Shown: positions 54,937 to 63,431, counted from the first letter of the stretch. The stretch: DNA of 64,000 bases from an uncultured Bacteroidales bacterium (GCA_900318355.1 ONKE01000050.1:19701-83700), one strand, 5' to 3'. Notes: generated from the letters alone by a model not told the origin. Numbers and translations: made by a program.

Positions 54937-57528
54937 TTATAATTGGTGGCCGCCGGGGCCAAAGCCGCCTCCGCCAGGGTGGCCGCCAGGTCCGCCGCCG
55001 GGGCCGAAGCCGCCGGTATTGCCTGAATAATCGTCAAGGGAGATGGTGCTGCCGCCTGAAACCGTGCCGGGGACCGTTATCATGCCTTCGCAGACACTGG
55101 TTCCGCCCGAGACCGAGACTCCGCCGGCTGCAACGCTAAGTGACGGGGCCGTCACCACGAGACTGCTCGAGAAGGACGGGGCCTTGAACACAATCAGACT
55201 CTTGCTGCTGGAAGAAAGCGAGCAGACCTGATTGGCTGATGCGGATATCGAATAGCATGTCTGTGATATGCTTGCGCCCCGCTCCAGACCGCCATAGGCG
55301 ATTACCGTGGCTCCGCTGTTGATATAAAGGGCCTTTCCGCCTTCGGTGTTGGCGTCCAGGGCAACTTCGGGATTGCCGGCAGTACAGACTGCGTAGACTA
55401 CCCCGCCAGAGAGTTTCATGTCGCCGTTGGCGTCCATGGCGTCGTTGCCGGAACAATAGGCGTAGACGTAGCCGCCCGTTACAACCATGTCGCCCGTGGA
55501 GTTGATCGCATCGTCGGAGGTCGAGCTGGCATAGACGCTTCCGCCGGAGATGGTGAGGGTGCCCTTGGCCTCGATCGCCTCGTTGCCCTTCTCCCCGGAC
55601 TTTGATCCGGTGCATTTGACCACTACGGTTCCGCCAGAAATCACCAGGTTGCCGCCGTAGATGTAGCTTCTGCCGGATGCCTGCTTGTAGCCTATCTTGA
55701 GGCCCTTTGCCGACACGTCGTTCGACCTTGCGCCGGAAGTCGTGATGGTGAGCGTACCGCCGGAAATCTTGCTGTCGGGAAGGGTGTGGTCGGTCTCGGA
55801 TTCGTCGTAGTCGCCGGCACGGACGCCCTTGCCGCCTGCTCCGTTGTTGGTGATGGTCACCACGCCGCCGCTCATGATGAATGCGTCGTCGGCCTTGATG
55901 CCGGCAGAGCCCTTGTATTCGTTATTGTCGTCCGGGTCCTTGGCGACGCCACCATTGACGATGATGGTGGTCTTTCCGCCCGTCACGGTCACGGTGCCGT
56001 CGGAGTTGATGCCTTTCTTCATCGCGGCGTTGGAAGTGATGGAGAGCGTGCCGTTGTCGATGGTCACAGCATCCTTGCCCCTGACGCCGTTTCCTGCCGA
56101 AGAGGATGTGGTGACGATGATCGTAGGGTTGGACATGAAGCGGATGTAGTCGTCGGAGCAGATGCCGTTTTTGCCGTTGGCGGTAACCTTGAGGGTGCCG
56201 GAGCCGCTGAAGACAAGCTGTGCCTCGCTGAAGAAGCAGCCCTTCATGTCTTCCGTGGAATCGTAGTTGGCCTGGTCGGGATAGTCGCCGGAAGAGTTGA
56301 CGCTGCCGTCGGTGAGGGAGCTGCTGCCCGTTACGACCACGAACGTGCGCTTTTTGTTCTGGTTGTTGATGGCGGCGCCGTCAGGGTTGGTGATGCTGAC
56401 GCCGTCGAGCACGATGGCCTGCTTGCGCTCACCTTCAAGGCGGAGGAAGCCGTCTGTGGTGGTGCCGGTAAGATGGTAGATGACGGTCTCTGTGCCGCTG
56501 TTGACAATGGTCACGTCGTTGCCGCTGACCGTTGCCACGACTTCGCCGCCGGTAGCGTCTGCGCCTTCAACAGTTGCGCCCGCGGAGGAGAACACCACGT
56601 TGACCGTGCGGTCGAATACGGTGTTGGAAACAATGTCGGCATCGTTGGGGTCGACGTCGTCGCTGGTGATGACTCCGCCGGCGATGGTGCCGGAGACGCC
56701 TGTCTGCGTAACGGTCAGCTTGGCCGAGATGCCCCCTGCGGAGAAGGTCCAGACGGCGGTGCGGGCCTTGTCTTCATTGGCGAGGACAGACACCGAGACC
56801 TCGGCGTTGCCGCTGCCGGAGGTGGACGAAAGGCTCACCCATTCGTCGGAATCGGCCGTGTTGGAAGTAAGGGTGGCAGTCCAATCGGATTCGGTAACGA
56901 CGGAGATCGTCTTCGTGGCCGCGTCCAGGCTAAAGGAAAGGGCGTAGTCCGAAAGGGTCAGGCTCTCCTCGCCCTCGTACCAAGGCAGGGAAAGGCGGGT
57001 GTTGTCGCCAAGGACGATTTCGACGCCTTCGCCTTCAGTGGTCGTGACGGAAGAGAATACCGGGATGGAAGGCCCTTCCGAAATGGCGTAGAGCACATTC
57101 CACTTATTATTGTAACGGGCATACCAGAAGTCCGACTCGGCCTTGAAAGAGAGGCCGCCGGATATTTTCGCCGCCGAAACCTTCTCGTTGTCTATGGCCC
57201 AGCAGTCGCCGCTGTAGCCGACCAGAGGGTTGACGTAGGCGAAATCGTAGGAATTCCTCACTACGGGGAGGGCATATTCCCCGGTGGTGAAGAATATGGT
57301 GCCGTTGCCGTTGACGGAAGTAACTTCGCTTTCGTTCTCGATGGCCTCAAGAATGGTCTTGAGGGCAACGACATCGGCATTGATATTAGTGCAATCGAGA
57401 TTCAGGCCCGTTTCCTCGTCGTCATCGGAAACAGCCTGATCCGTAGTATTGAGAACGTCTCCCGAACAATGGACGGACAGGAAGACGAGTGGCAGCAACA
57501 CGGCTGCGGCAAGTACTATTCTTTTCAT
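54937..57528 (-). CDS. secreted Cthe_2159-like 'carbohydrate-binding' beta-helix protein with BACON-like module and Gly/Pro-rich C-terminal tail
   Basis: ATG at 57528 gives MKRIVLAAAVLLPLVFLSVHC. BACON-like WTATLTSNTADSDEWVSLSSTSGSGNAEVSVSVLANEDKARTAVWTF. Long repeats of the type VTIVNSGT..., LVFSGSGTLKVTANGKNGICSDD, TIDNGTLSITSN. Tail GGFGPGGGPGGHPGGGGFGPGGHQL. Confidence 0.7.
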   Translation of the reverse strand: MKRIVLAAAVLLPLVFLSVHCSGDVLNTTDQAVSDDDEETGLNLDCTNINADVVALKTILEAIENESEVTSVNGNGTIFFTTGEYALPVVRNSYDFAYVNPLVGYSGDCWAIDNEKVSAAKISGGLSFKAESDFWYARYNNKWNVLYAISEGPSIPVFSSVTTTEGEGVEIVLGDNTRLSLPWYEGEESLTLSDYALSFSLDAATKTISVVTESDWTATLTSNTADSDEWVSLSSTSGSGNAEVSVSVLANEDKARTAVWTFSAGGISAKLTVTQTGVSGTIAGGVITSDDVDPNDADIVSNTVFDRTVNVVFSSAGATVEGADATGGEVVATVSGNDVTIVNSGTETVIYHLTGTTTDGFLRLEGERKQAIVLDGVSITNPDGAAINNQNKKRTFVVVTGSSSLTDGSVNSSGDYPDQANYDSTEDMKGCFFSEAQLVFSGSGTLKVTANGKNGICSDDYIRFMSNPTIIVTTSSSAGNGVRGKDAVTIDNGTLSITSNAAMKKGINSDGTVTVTGGKTTIIVNGGVAKDPDDNNEYKGSAGIKADDAFIMSGGVVTITNNGAGGKGVRAGDYDESETDHTLPDSKISGGTLTITTSGARSNDVSAKGLKIGYKQASGRSYIYGGNLVISGGTVVVKCTGSKSGEKGNEAIEAKGTLTISGGSVYASSTSDDAINSTGDMVVTGGYVYAYCSGNDAMDANGDMKLSGGVVYAVCTAGNPEVALDANTEGGKALYINSGATVIAYGGLERGASISQTCYSISASANQVCSLSSSSKSLIVFKAPSFSSSLVVTAPSLSVAAGGVSVSGGTSVCEGMITVPGTVSGGSTISLDDYSGNTGGFGPGGGPGGHPGGGGFGPGGHQL

Positions 57529-57619
57529 AACGCGGACAGGTTTAAAGGTTAAACACTGCCGTAAAATTAACACAATCAATGCCGTCCGAAGATTTGTTTC
57601 AACGAACGGCCCCATTTCC

Positions 57620-58831
57620 TCAACGAACGGCCAGCAGCGAATCGAGGTTGTGGCCGAAAACGGTCTTGAGCGAGTCCAGACGCGGCATATAGGCCTCGGG
57701 CAGAGGCTCTGCGGAAGGCGATTCCATGGTGAGGGGGTTGATGGGCGTGCCGTTTTTCCAGACGCGGAAATCGAGGTGGGGACCCGTGGCCGTGCCCGTC
57801 ATTCCGACATAGCCGATAACCTGGCCCTGGGTGACCCTGTCGCCGACCTTAAGACCGGAGGCGTAGCGGGAAAGATGGAGGTAGGCCGTGGTGTAGACGG
57901 AGTTGTGGCGAATCTTGACGGTGTTGCCGCCTCCGCCGCCCCAGCCCTTGCTGATCACCGTGCCGTCGCCGATGCTCATGACGGGAGTGCCGGTCGGTGC
58001 GGCATAATCGACGGCGGTGTGGGGACGGACTGTGCCGTGGACGGGATGCTTCCTGTGGTAGGAGAATCCCGAGGAGATGCGGCTGAACTTCAGAGGGGCC
58101 TTGAGGAAGGCCTTGCGCATGCTCTCGCCGGTTTCGGACCAATAGCGGTTGCCGCTGCCGGTGTCGAGGAAAACGGCCGGGAAGGTCTTGTCGCCGCGGG
58201 TGAAGGTGGCATAGTCCACTCCGGAAATGTCTATCACTTCCCCGTCGCAGATGTCTTCGCGGTAAAGGACCTTGAAACGGTCGCCTTTCTGCAGGCCGAA
58301 GAAGTCGACCGTCCAGGCGTATATATCAGCCAGCTCGACAATCAGAAGAGGCGAAGCGCCGGCTGCAAGCATGTCGTTCCACAGGGATGTTTCGATGGTT
58401 ACGTCTGCCGCCTTAAGCACGTGGGCCACAGGCTTCAGCACTTTCCAGACCACAAGGGAGTCGCTGCAGCGGAAGACGGTCAGCTCAGATTTGCTGTTTT
58501 GGTAGACGGCGTAGCGCAGGCGGGCGGTGTCGCTGTAGGCGTCGATGCGGCCACCGGCGCGCATCTTGCGGACATCGAAAACCGAGTCGCACGCCGTGGC
58601 GAGCGAATAGGCTTCGCCCTGAGAGAGGCCAAGGCGCCCAAAGAGTCCGGTAAACGTCTCACCGTTACGGACTTCGGTCTGGACCACTGCAAAGGAATCG
58701 GTACAGAATCCAAGCGGATAGACGGTGTCTTTCTGATCCGGCACGGCAGTCCCCCGCTCCTTGCGCTGGAAGAGCGAGCAGGATGAGGCCAGGGCGGCAA
58801 GAGTCAGTAGAAGTAACAGGTTCTTTTTCAT
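57620..58831 (-). CDS. M23 family (LytM-type) metallopeptidase lipoprotein
   Basis: Lipobox LAALASSC. HxxxD motif (HTAVDYAAPTGTPV) and GMTGTATGPHLDFRV, a variant of the HxH motif. Confidence 0.85.
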   Translation of the reverse strand: MKKNLLLLLTLAALASSCSLFQRKERGTAVPDQKDTVYPLGFCTDSFAVVQTEVRNGETFTGLFGRLGLSQGEAYSLATACDSVFDVRKMRAGGRIDAYSDTARLRYAVYQNSKSELTVFRCSDSLVVWKVLKPVAHVLKAADVTIETSLWNDMLAAGASPLLIVELADIYAWTVDFFGLQKGDRFKVLYREDICDGEVIDISGVDYATFTRGDKTFPAVFLDTGSGNRYWSETGESMRKAFLKAPLKFSRISSGFSYHRKHPVHGTVRPHTAVDYAAPTGTPVMSIGDGTVISKGWGGGGGNTVKIRHNSVYTTAYLHLSRYASGLKVGDRVTQGQVIGYVGMTGTATGPHLDFRVWKNGTPINPLTMESPSAEPLPEAYMPRLDSLKTVFGHNLDSLLAVR

Positions 58832-58853
58832 TCCATTGTCGTCTGCAATCTTA

Positions 58854-58861
58854 CAAAGATA
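58854..58861 (-). promoter_or_regulatory. putative -7 promoter box (TATCTTTG on the minus strand) for the M23 peptidase gene
   Basis: Exact TAnnTTTG match 22 nt upstream of the ATG at 58831. Confidence 0.45.
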
Positions 58862-58884
58862 CTAAAATCCCGTGAAAATATAGC

Positions 58885-58892
58885 TATATTTG
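58885..58892 (+). promoter_or_regulatory. putative -7 promoter box TATATTTG for the TonB-dependent receptor gene
   Basis: Exact TAnnTTTG match. The ATG at 58897 lies only 4 nt after the box. Confidence 0.45.
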
Positions 58893-58896
58893 CGGC

Positions 58897-61041
58897 ATGA
58901 AAAAGAGTCTGGCCATACTGGGAACGCTGCTGTGCTGCACGCTGGTGCATGCCCAGGAACCCGTGGTCGACACTCTTTCCGCATCCCGCGTGACGGAGAC
59001 CTCCGACGTCGGAATACGCGCAACCCGCATGGGCGCGATGGAAATCCCCACCGTCGCCCTGCGCAAGACTCCCCTCCTCTTCGGCGAGCCCGACCCCCTG
59101 AAAGTGCTTCAGCTTCTGCCCGGCGTGCAAGGCGGCGGAGAAGGCACCTCGGGGCTGTATGTCCGCGGCGGCGGGCCGGACGAAAACCTCCTGCTCCTGG
59201 ACGGCATCCCCATCTACAACGCCGAGCACATGCTGGGCCTGTTTTCCATCTTCCAGACAGAGGCGATCCGGAACGTAACCCTCTACAAGGGTGGCTTCCC
59301 GGCCAGGTTTGGCGGACGCATTTCCAGCATCATCGACGTCAGCACGGCCGACGGCAGCTTCCAAGACTACCACGCCACCATAGGCGTAGCGGCCCTGAGC
59401 GACAAATTCCATGTCGACGGCCCCATCTGGAAGGGTCATACCTCCTTTTCGGCCAACCTGCGGGGCATGCACACCTTCCTCTTCGACCGTCTGATCAACC
59501 TGCTCGGAAGCCCGGCCAACTACTATTTCTTCGACGCCTCGGGCGGCATAACCCACAAGTTTTCCGACAGGGACGTCCTGCGCGTCGGCGCCTACTACGG
59601 GCACGACGAGCTTTACTACAAGGACTCCGAAGAAGACGAAAGCTCCTACTCGCAGCAAAAGATGAGCATCCTCTGGGGCAACACCGTGGCCTCGCTGCGC
59701 TGGCACCATATTTTCGAAAACGGCATTACCTCCGACCTTACGCTCGCCTACAACCGCTACCGGCTCACCACCAAGGCGGACGTGAAATCGGTCATCTACG
59801 GCGAGACGTCGAGCACCGCCTCCACCAACATCGACTACCGTTCCGGCATGCGCGACTGGGTGGCCAAGGCCGATTTCCGCTACCATCCTTTCGCCGGCCA
59901 CGAGTTCCGCTTCGGCGGCGGCTACACCCACCATACCTTCCTCCCGGAGACCTTCGCCGGCATCAGGCTCGAAACCGAAAACGGGGTCCCGCTTATCGAC
60001 CAGAAAATAGCTCTGCCTGAGGCTGTTCCGCTTCGCGGCCACGATTTCATCCTCTACGGAGAAGACGAAATTTCCATTGGGCGGCACCTGAGGATAGACC
60101 CCGGCGTTTCCCTCAGCATCTTCAGCACAGGCGGAAGGACGTGGCTCTCGCCGGAGCCGAGGCTCAGCGCCCGCTACGAGTTCGGGCTCGGATGGGCCGC
60201 AAAGGCCTCATACACAAGGATGTCGCAATATGTCCATCTGCTTTCATCCTCGCAGGTAACCCTGCCCACCGACCTCTGGGTCCCCATCACGTCGGAAATA
60301 CCGCCGGAAACCGCCAACCAATATTCCCTCGGCGGATACTGGAGTGGCCTCAAGGGCTGGGAGTTCTCGCTGGAGGCCTACTACAAGGACATGAACAACG
60401 TGCTGGAATACAAGGACGGAGAATCGTTCATCGGAGGTTCCGCTTCATGGGAAGACAAGGTCGTGACGGGCCTCGGACGCGCCTACGGGGTGGAGCTTTT
60501 CGCCGAAAAGACCACCGGGCGCCTCACCGGGTGGCTGGGCTACACGCTGGCATGGAGCGAGCGCCGTTTTCCCGACGGCAGCATTTCCGGCGGCGAATGG
60601 TTCCCCTACCGATACGACAGGCGCCACAACATCAACCTCGTCGCCAACTACGCCATCACCCCGAAGATCGACATCAGCGGCACATGGTCCTTCGCCACGG
60701 GAGGCACCACCACCCTTCCTGAGAGGCAGGCCGTGACGGTCGACCCTTACGGCAACGTAAGCCAGACCGACTACATCAGCCACCGCAACAACTACCGCCT
60801 TCCTCCGACCCACATGCTCAACGTCGGAATCAACTTCCACAAGCGCTACCGGCGCAGCGAAGGCATCTGGAACATAAGTATTTACAACGTCTACAACCAG
60901 ATGAACCCCAACTTCGTCTTCCGCTACTCCGACCGTGAGCCGTCCGGGGCCGACGACAGGGTCACATCACTGGACATAGACCTGACGAAAATAACCATAC
61001 TGCCCATAATACCTTCATTCGGATACACCTGGACTTTCTGA
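58897..61041 (+). CDS. TonB-dependent outer-membrane receptor
   Basis: Signal peptide MKKSLAILGTLLCCTLVHAQ. Plug domain (LLPGVQGGGEGTSGLYVRGGGPDENLLLLDGIPIYN). Beta-barrel ending ...FGYTWTF. Confidence 0.85.
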   Translation: MKKSLAILGTLLCCTLVHAQEPVVDTLSASRVTETSDVGIRATRMGAMEIPTVALRKTPLLFGEPDPLKVLQLLPGVQGGGEGTSGLYVRGGGPDENLLLLDGIPIYNAEHMLGLFSIFQTEAIRNVTLYKGGFPARFGGRISSIIDVSTADGSFQDYHATIGVAALSDKFHVDGPIWKGHTSFSANLRGMHTFLFDRLINLLGSPANYYFFDASGGITHKFSDRDVLRVGAYYGHDELYYKDSEEDESSYSQQKMSILWGNTVASLRWHHIFENGITSDLTLAYNRYRLTTKADVKSVIYGETSSTASTNIDYRSGMRDWVAKADFRYHPFAGHEFRFGGGYTHHTFLPETFAGIRLETENGVPLIDQKIALPEAVPLRGHDFILYGEDEISIGRHLRIDPGVSLSIFSTGGRTWLSPEPRLSARYEFGLGWAAKASYTRMSQYVHLLSSSQVTLPTDLWVPITSEIPPETANQYSLGGYWSGLKGWEFSLEAYYKDMNNVLEYKDGESFIGGSASWEDKVVTGLGRAYGVELFAEKTTGRLTGWLGYTLAWSERRFPDGSISGGEWFPYRYDRRHNINLVANYAITPKIDISGTWSFATGGTTTLPERQAVTVDPYGNVSQTDYISHRNNYRLPPTHMLNVGINFHKRYRRSEGIWNISIYNVYNQMNPNFVFRYSDREPSGADDRVTSLDIDLTKITILPIIPSFGYTWTF

Positions 61042-61042
61042 G

Positions 61043-62083
61043 ATGAAACGACTCAACGCCATAGCGCTGCTCCTTATTGCAGCGGCCGCCTGCGACAATC
61101 CCCTGGAATATCGCAGCACGCCCCTAGAGCCGCAGCTCACGGTCAACGGACAGTTCTCCGCCGACGAGGACTGCCACTATCTCTACGTGGGCCTGTGCGA
61201 CGACAAGACCCTCCTCATGCCGCCCGAGGCCACGGTTTCATGCAGCGTCAACGGGCAATTCCGTTGCAACGGCACCATTACCGAAATGACCGACCGCAAC
61301 ATTCCACTGGTGTATGGAAATACGTTCTACTCGCCAGAGTCCCTGCGGCAGAACGTCTACGCGATTAAGACGACATTTAACGCCGGCGACCATGTGGAGA
61401 TTACTGTCGATGCCGGAGAAATGGCGGCGTCAGTGGCCCTTGAAGTGCCCCAGGCGCCAGTTTCGGCCTCTTTCGACTCGGAGTGGCGGAAAATGGCCAT
61501 TGACGAGGATTCCCTGCCGGAAACGGTCCTGTCGGCCAGGACGACGTTCCCCGATTTTGCAGGCACCGACGACTGGTACAGGCTGGATTTCCTCATGAGC
61601 TTCCAAGGAGAAAGTCGCTTTATCCAGTATTATCTGACGGCTCTCAACACGAGTGACGACCCCGTGCTTGCCGAAGGGCGCATCGACAGCGGAGGCGGCC
61701 TCGACGTCGTCCGGATGATGGCCGGCAACCCCTACAGCATCTTCTCCGACAACCTGTTCGGCGGAGAAAACGTTACCGTAACGGCAAATTTCGAGCAGGA
61801 GGGCGTCCAGGACGGGCCGATTACAGGCCATTTTCCCAAGGGCGAATATCAGCGCCGGCTAAGGGTCAGGCTCCACCATCTGGACTACAATTCTTTCCGC
61901 TACCTCAAGATGCTTGCGCTCAAGCGGATAGACCTCTTTTCGTCGGACTTCACGGAGCCTGTGACGCTGCCGTGCAACGTCAAGGGCGGAATAGGCTTCG
62001 TGTCGATATCCAATCCCGCCGTCGGATACCTGAGCCTTTCGGATATATATTATGACGGCAAAACAATAAGCGAAGTGCAATGA
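61043..62083 (+). CDS. DUF4249-like lipoprotein (partner of the TonB-dependent receptor)
   Basis: Lipobox LLLIAAAAC. 346 aa. Starts 1 nt after the receptor stop. The family call rests on position, size and composition. Confidence 0.6.
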   Translation: MKRLNAIALLLIAAAACDNPLEYRSTPLEPQLTVNGQFSADEDCHYLYVGLCDDKTLLMPPEATVSCSVNGQFRCNGTITEMTDRNIPLVYGNTFYSPESLRQNVYAIKTTFNAGDHVEITVDAGEMAASVALEVPQAPVSASFDSEWRKMAIDEDSLPETVLSARTTFPDFAGTDDWYRLDFLMSFQGESRFIQYYLTALNTSDDPVLAEGRIDSGGGLDVVRMMAGNPYSIFSDNLFGGENVTVTANFEQEGVQDGPITGHFPKGEYQRRLRVRLHHLDYNSFRYLKMLALKRIDLFSSDFTEPVTLPCNVKGGIGFVSISNPAVGYLSLSDIYYDGKTISEVQ

Positions 62084-62760
62084 ACATCAACCAGATAGCT
62101 ATTTTCCACGGACCGCTTAGGGAAAAGTTCGGAATTCCCCGGCAGAGCGGGCTTGCCGGCAGCCTTGAAGGAAGCGTGGAGCTTTGCGGGGAATATGCCC
62201 GGGAGGAAGCCCTGCGCGGACTCGAGGGATTCGACCGCATATGGCTGATCTGGGGGTTTTCCGCCAATTCGCATGTCGGCTGGTCGCCGACGGTGAGGCC
62301 TCCGCGTCTCGGTGGCAACAAGACTGTCGGCGTTTTCGCGTCGCGCTCCCCTTTCCGCCCTAATCCGCTGGGACTGAGTTGTGTAAGGCTGGAAAGGATC
62401 GAAGGGACCAGGCTGATCGTCCGTGGCGCCGACCTCATGGACGGCACGCCTATCTACGACATCAAGCCGTATGTTCCATATGCCGACGCGTTTCCGGAAG
62501 CCGCCGGTGGATTTACCGACAGCGTTGGTTGGGAGACCTTGGAGGTAGTCCTGCCTGAAAATGACGTTTTGAGCGAAGACGATGCCCAGGCGCTGCGGCA
62601 GATTCTCGCGCAGGACCCCCGTCCGCAATACCAGGACGACCCCAAGCGGGAATACGGCATGGCCTACGGACGGTTCAATGTCCGTTTCCGGGTGGAAGGC
62701 AACATCTTGACAGTCACCGAAATCCTACCCGAGCAGCACAGCGGGAAGGTCGCGGATTGA
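62080..62760 (+). CDS. trmO: tRNA (N6-threonylcarbamoyladenosine(37)-N6)-methyltransferase TrmO (TsaA family)
   Basis: GIPRQSG, FDRIWLIWGF, RSPFRPNPLGLSCVRL, GTPIYDIKPY. ATGA overlap with the upstream stop. Confidence 0.85.
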   Translation: MNINQIAIFHGPLREKFGIPRQSGLAGSLEGSVELCGEYAREEALRGLEGFDRIWLIWGFSANSHVGWSPTVRPPRLGGNKTVGVFASRSPFRPNPLGLSCVRLERIEGTRLIVRGADLMDGTPIYDIKPYVPYADAFPEAAGGFTDSVGWETLEVVLPENDVLSEDDAQALRQILAQDPRPQYQDDPKREYGMAYGRFNVRFRVEGNILTVTEILPEQHSGKVAD

Positions 62761-63426
62761 AGCAAGGGTGACGAGCCGGGGATGCGAATAAGGTTCCATG
62801 TGTTCGTGGGCCCAGAGGACGCGGAAAGGAATGAACACGCCGCTTCCGCCGAGTTGCAGCACCGGATCGATATCGGATTTGAAGGAATTGCCCACCATCA
62901 GCATTTCATCCATGCTGAAGGACATGTCGCTGCAAACCTGCAGATATTCCTTGCGGGTCTTCTTCGAAACTATGACTATGCGCTCGAAAAACTGCAGCAG
63001 GCCGCTTCTGTGAAGCTTTTGCTCCTGGTCGAGGAGGTCGCCTTTGGTGAGGACTATCATCCGGAAACGCCCCGAGGAGGAAAGCTTTTCCAGCGATTCG
63101 ACGACATGGGGCATGGGCTCGGCCGGATTGAAAAGGAGGTTGCGCCCGACTTCTATCATCTTGGCGGCTATTGCCGGGGAGAGATTTCCTCCGGTCACCT
63201 TGAGACCAGCCTCCAACATATTGAGCGTGAAGGGCTTGGCGCCGTAGCCATAGACCGGGATATTTGCGGATTCCACCTCGAAGAGGGCCTGGTAGAGGGT
63301 TTCAGGGTCGCCATAGTCGCTCATGAGGGAGAGCCAGTCGGCCTCAGCCTGGCGGAACATAGGTTCGTTTTCCCAGAGGGTGTCGTCGGCATCGAATGCC
63401 AAAATCTTGATTCCGGATACATTCAT
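62725..63426 (-). CDS. HAD-superfamily hydrolase
   Basis: ATG at 63426 gives MNVSGIKILAFDADDTLW (DxDxT motif I). VLTKGD and MVGNSFKSDI (motifs III/IV). Confidence 0.8.
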   Translation of the reverse strand: MNVSGIKILAFDADDTLWENEPMFRQAEADWLSLMSDYGDPETLYQALFEVESANIPVYGYGAKPFTLNMLEAGLKVTGGNLSPAIAAKMIEVGRNLLFNPAEPMPHVVESLEKLSSSGRFRMIVLTKGDLLDQEQKLHRSGLLQFFERIVIVSKKTRKEYLQVCSDMSFSMDEMLMVGNSFKSDIDPVLQLGGSGVFIPFRVLWAHEHMEPYSHPRLVTLASIRDLPAVLLG

Positions 63427-63431
63427 GCACA

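Noticed and set aside
54921-55037. N-terminal extension of ORF 54495..55037, which would overlap the Gly/Pro tail of the beta-helix protein.
   Set aside because: The extension (MTIIQAIPAASAPAADLAATLAEAALAPAA...) is an alternate-frame reading of the GC-rich repeat. The ATG at 54920 gives a clean signal peptide.
57599-57632. 13-nt direct repeat tcaacgaacggcc (57599-57611 and 57620-57632). The second copy contains the last codons and stop of the M23 peptidase gene.
   Set aside because: It is short, has only two copies, and shows no further repeat structure or inverted partner. It is most simply a small local duplication at the gene end. I could not connect it to any function.
55786-58786. Two long plus-strand ORFs: 55786..57552 (588 aa) and 57449..58786 (445 aa).
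   Set aside because: They are antisense to the beta-helix protein and the M23 peptidase respectively. Both are G/V/A/D-rich without motifs. The sense genes have signal peptides and family motifs.
58828-60087. 419-aa minus-strand ORF, plus a 376-aa out-of-frame plus-strand ORF at 58890..60020.
   Set aside because: Both overlap the TonB-dependent receptor gene. The out-of-frame one is extremely Arg/Pro-rich. The receptor frame has a signal peptide, a plug and a C-terminal aromatic residue.
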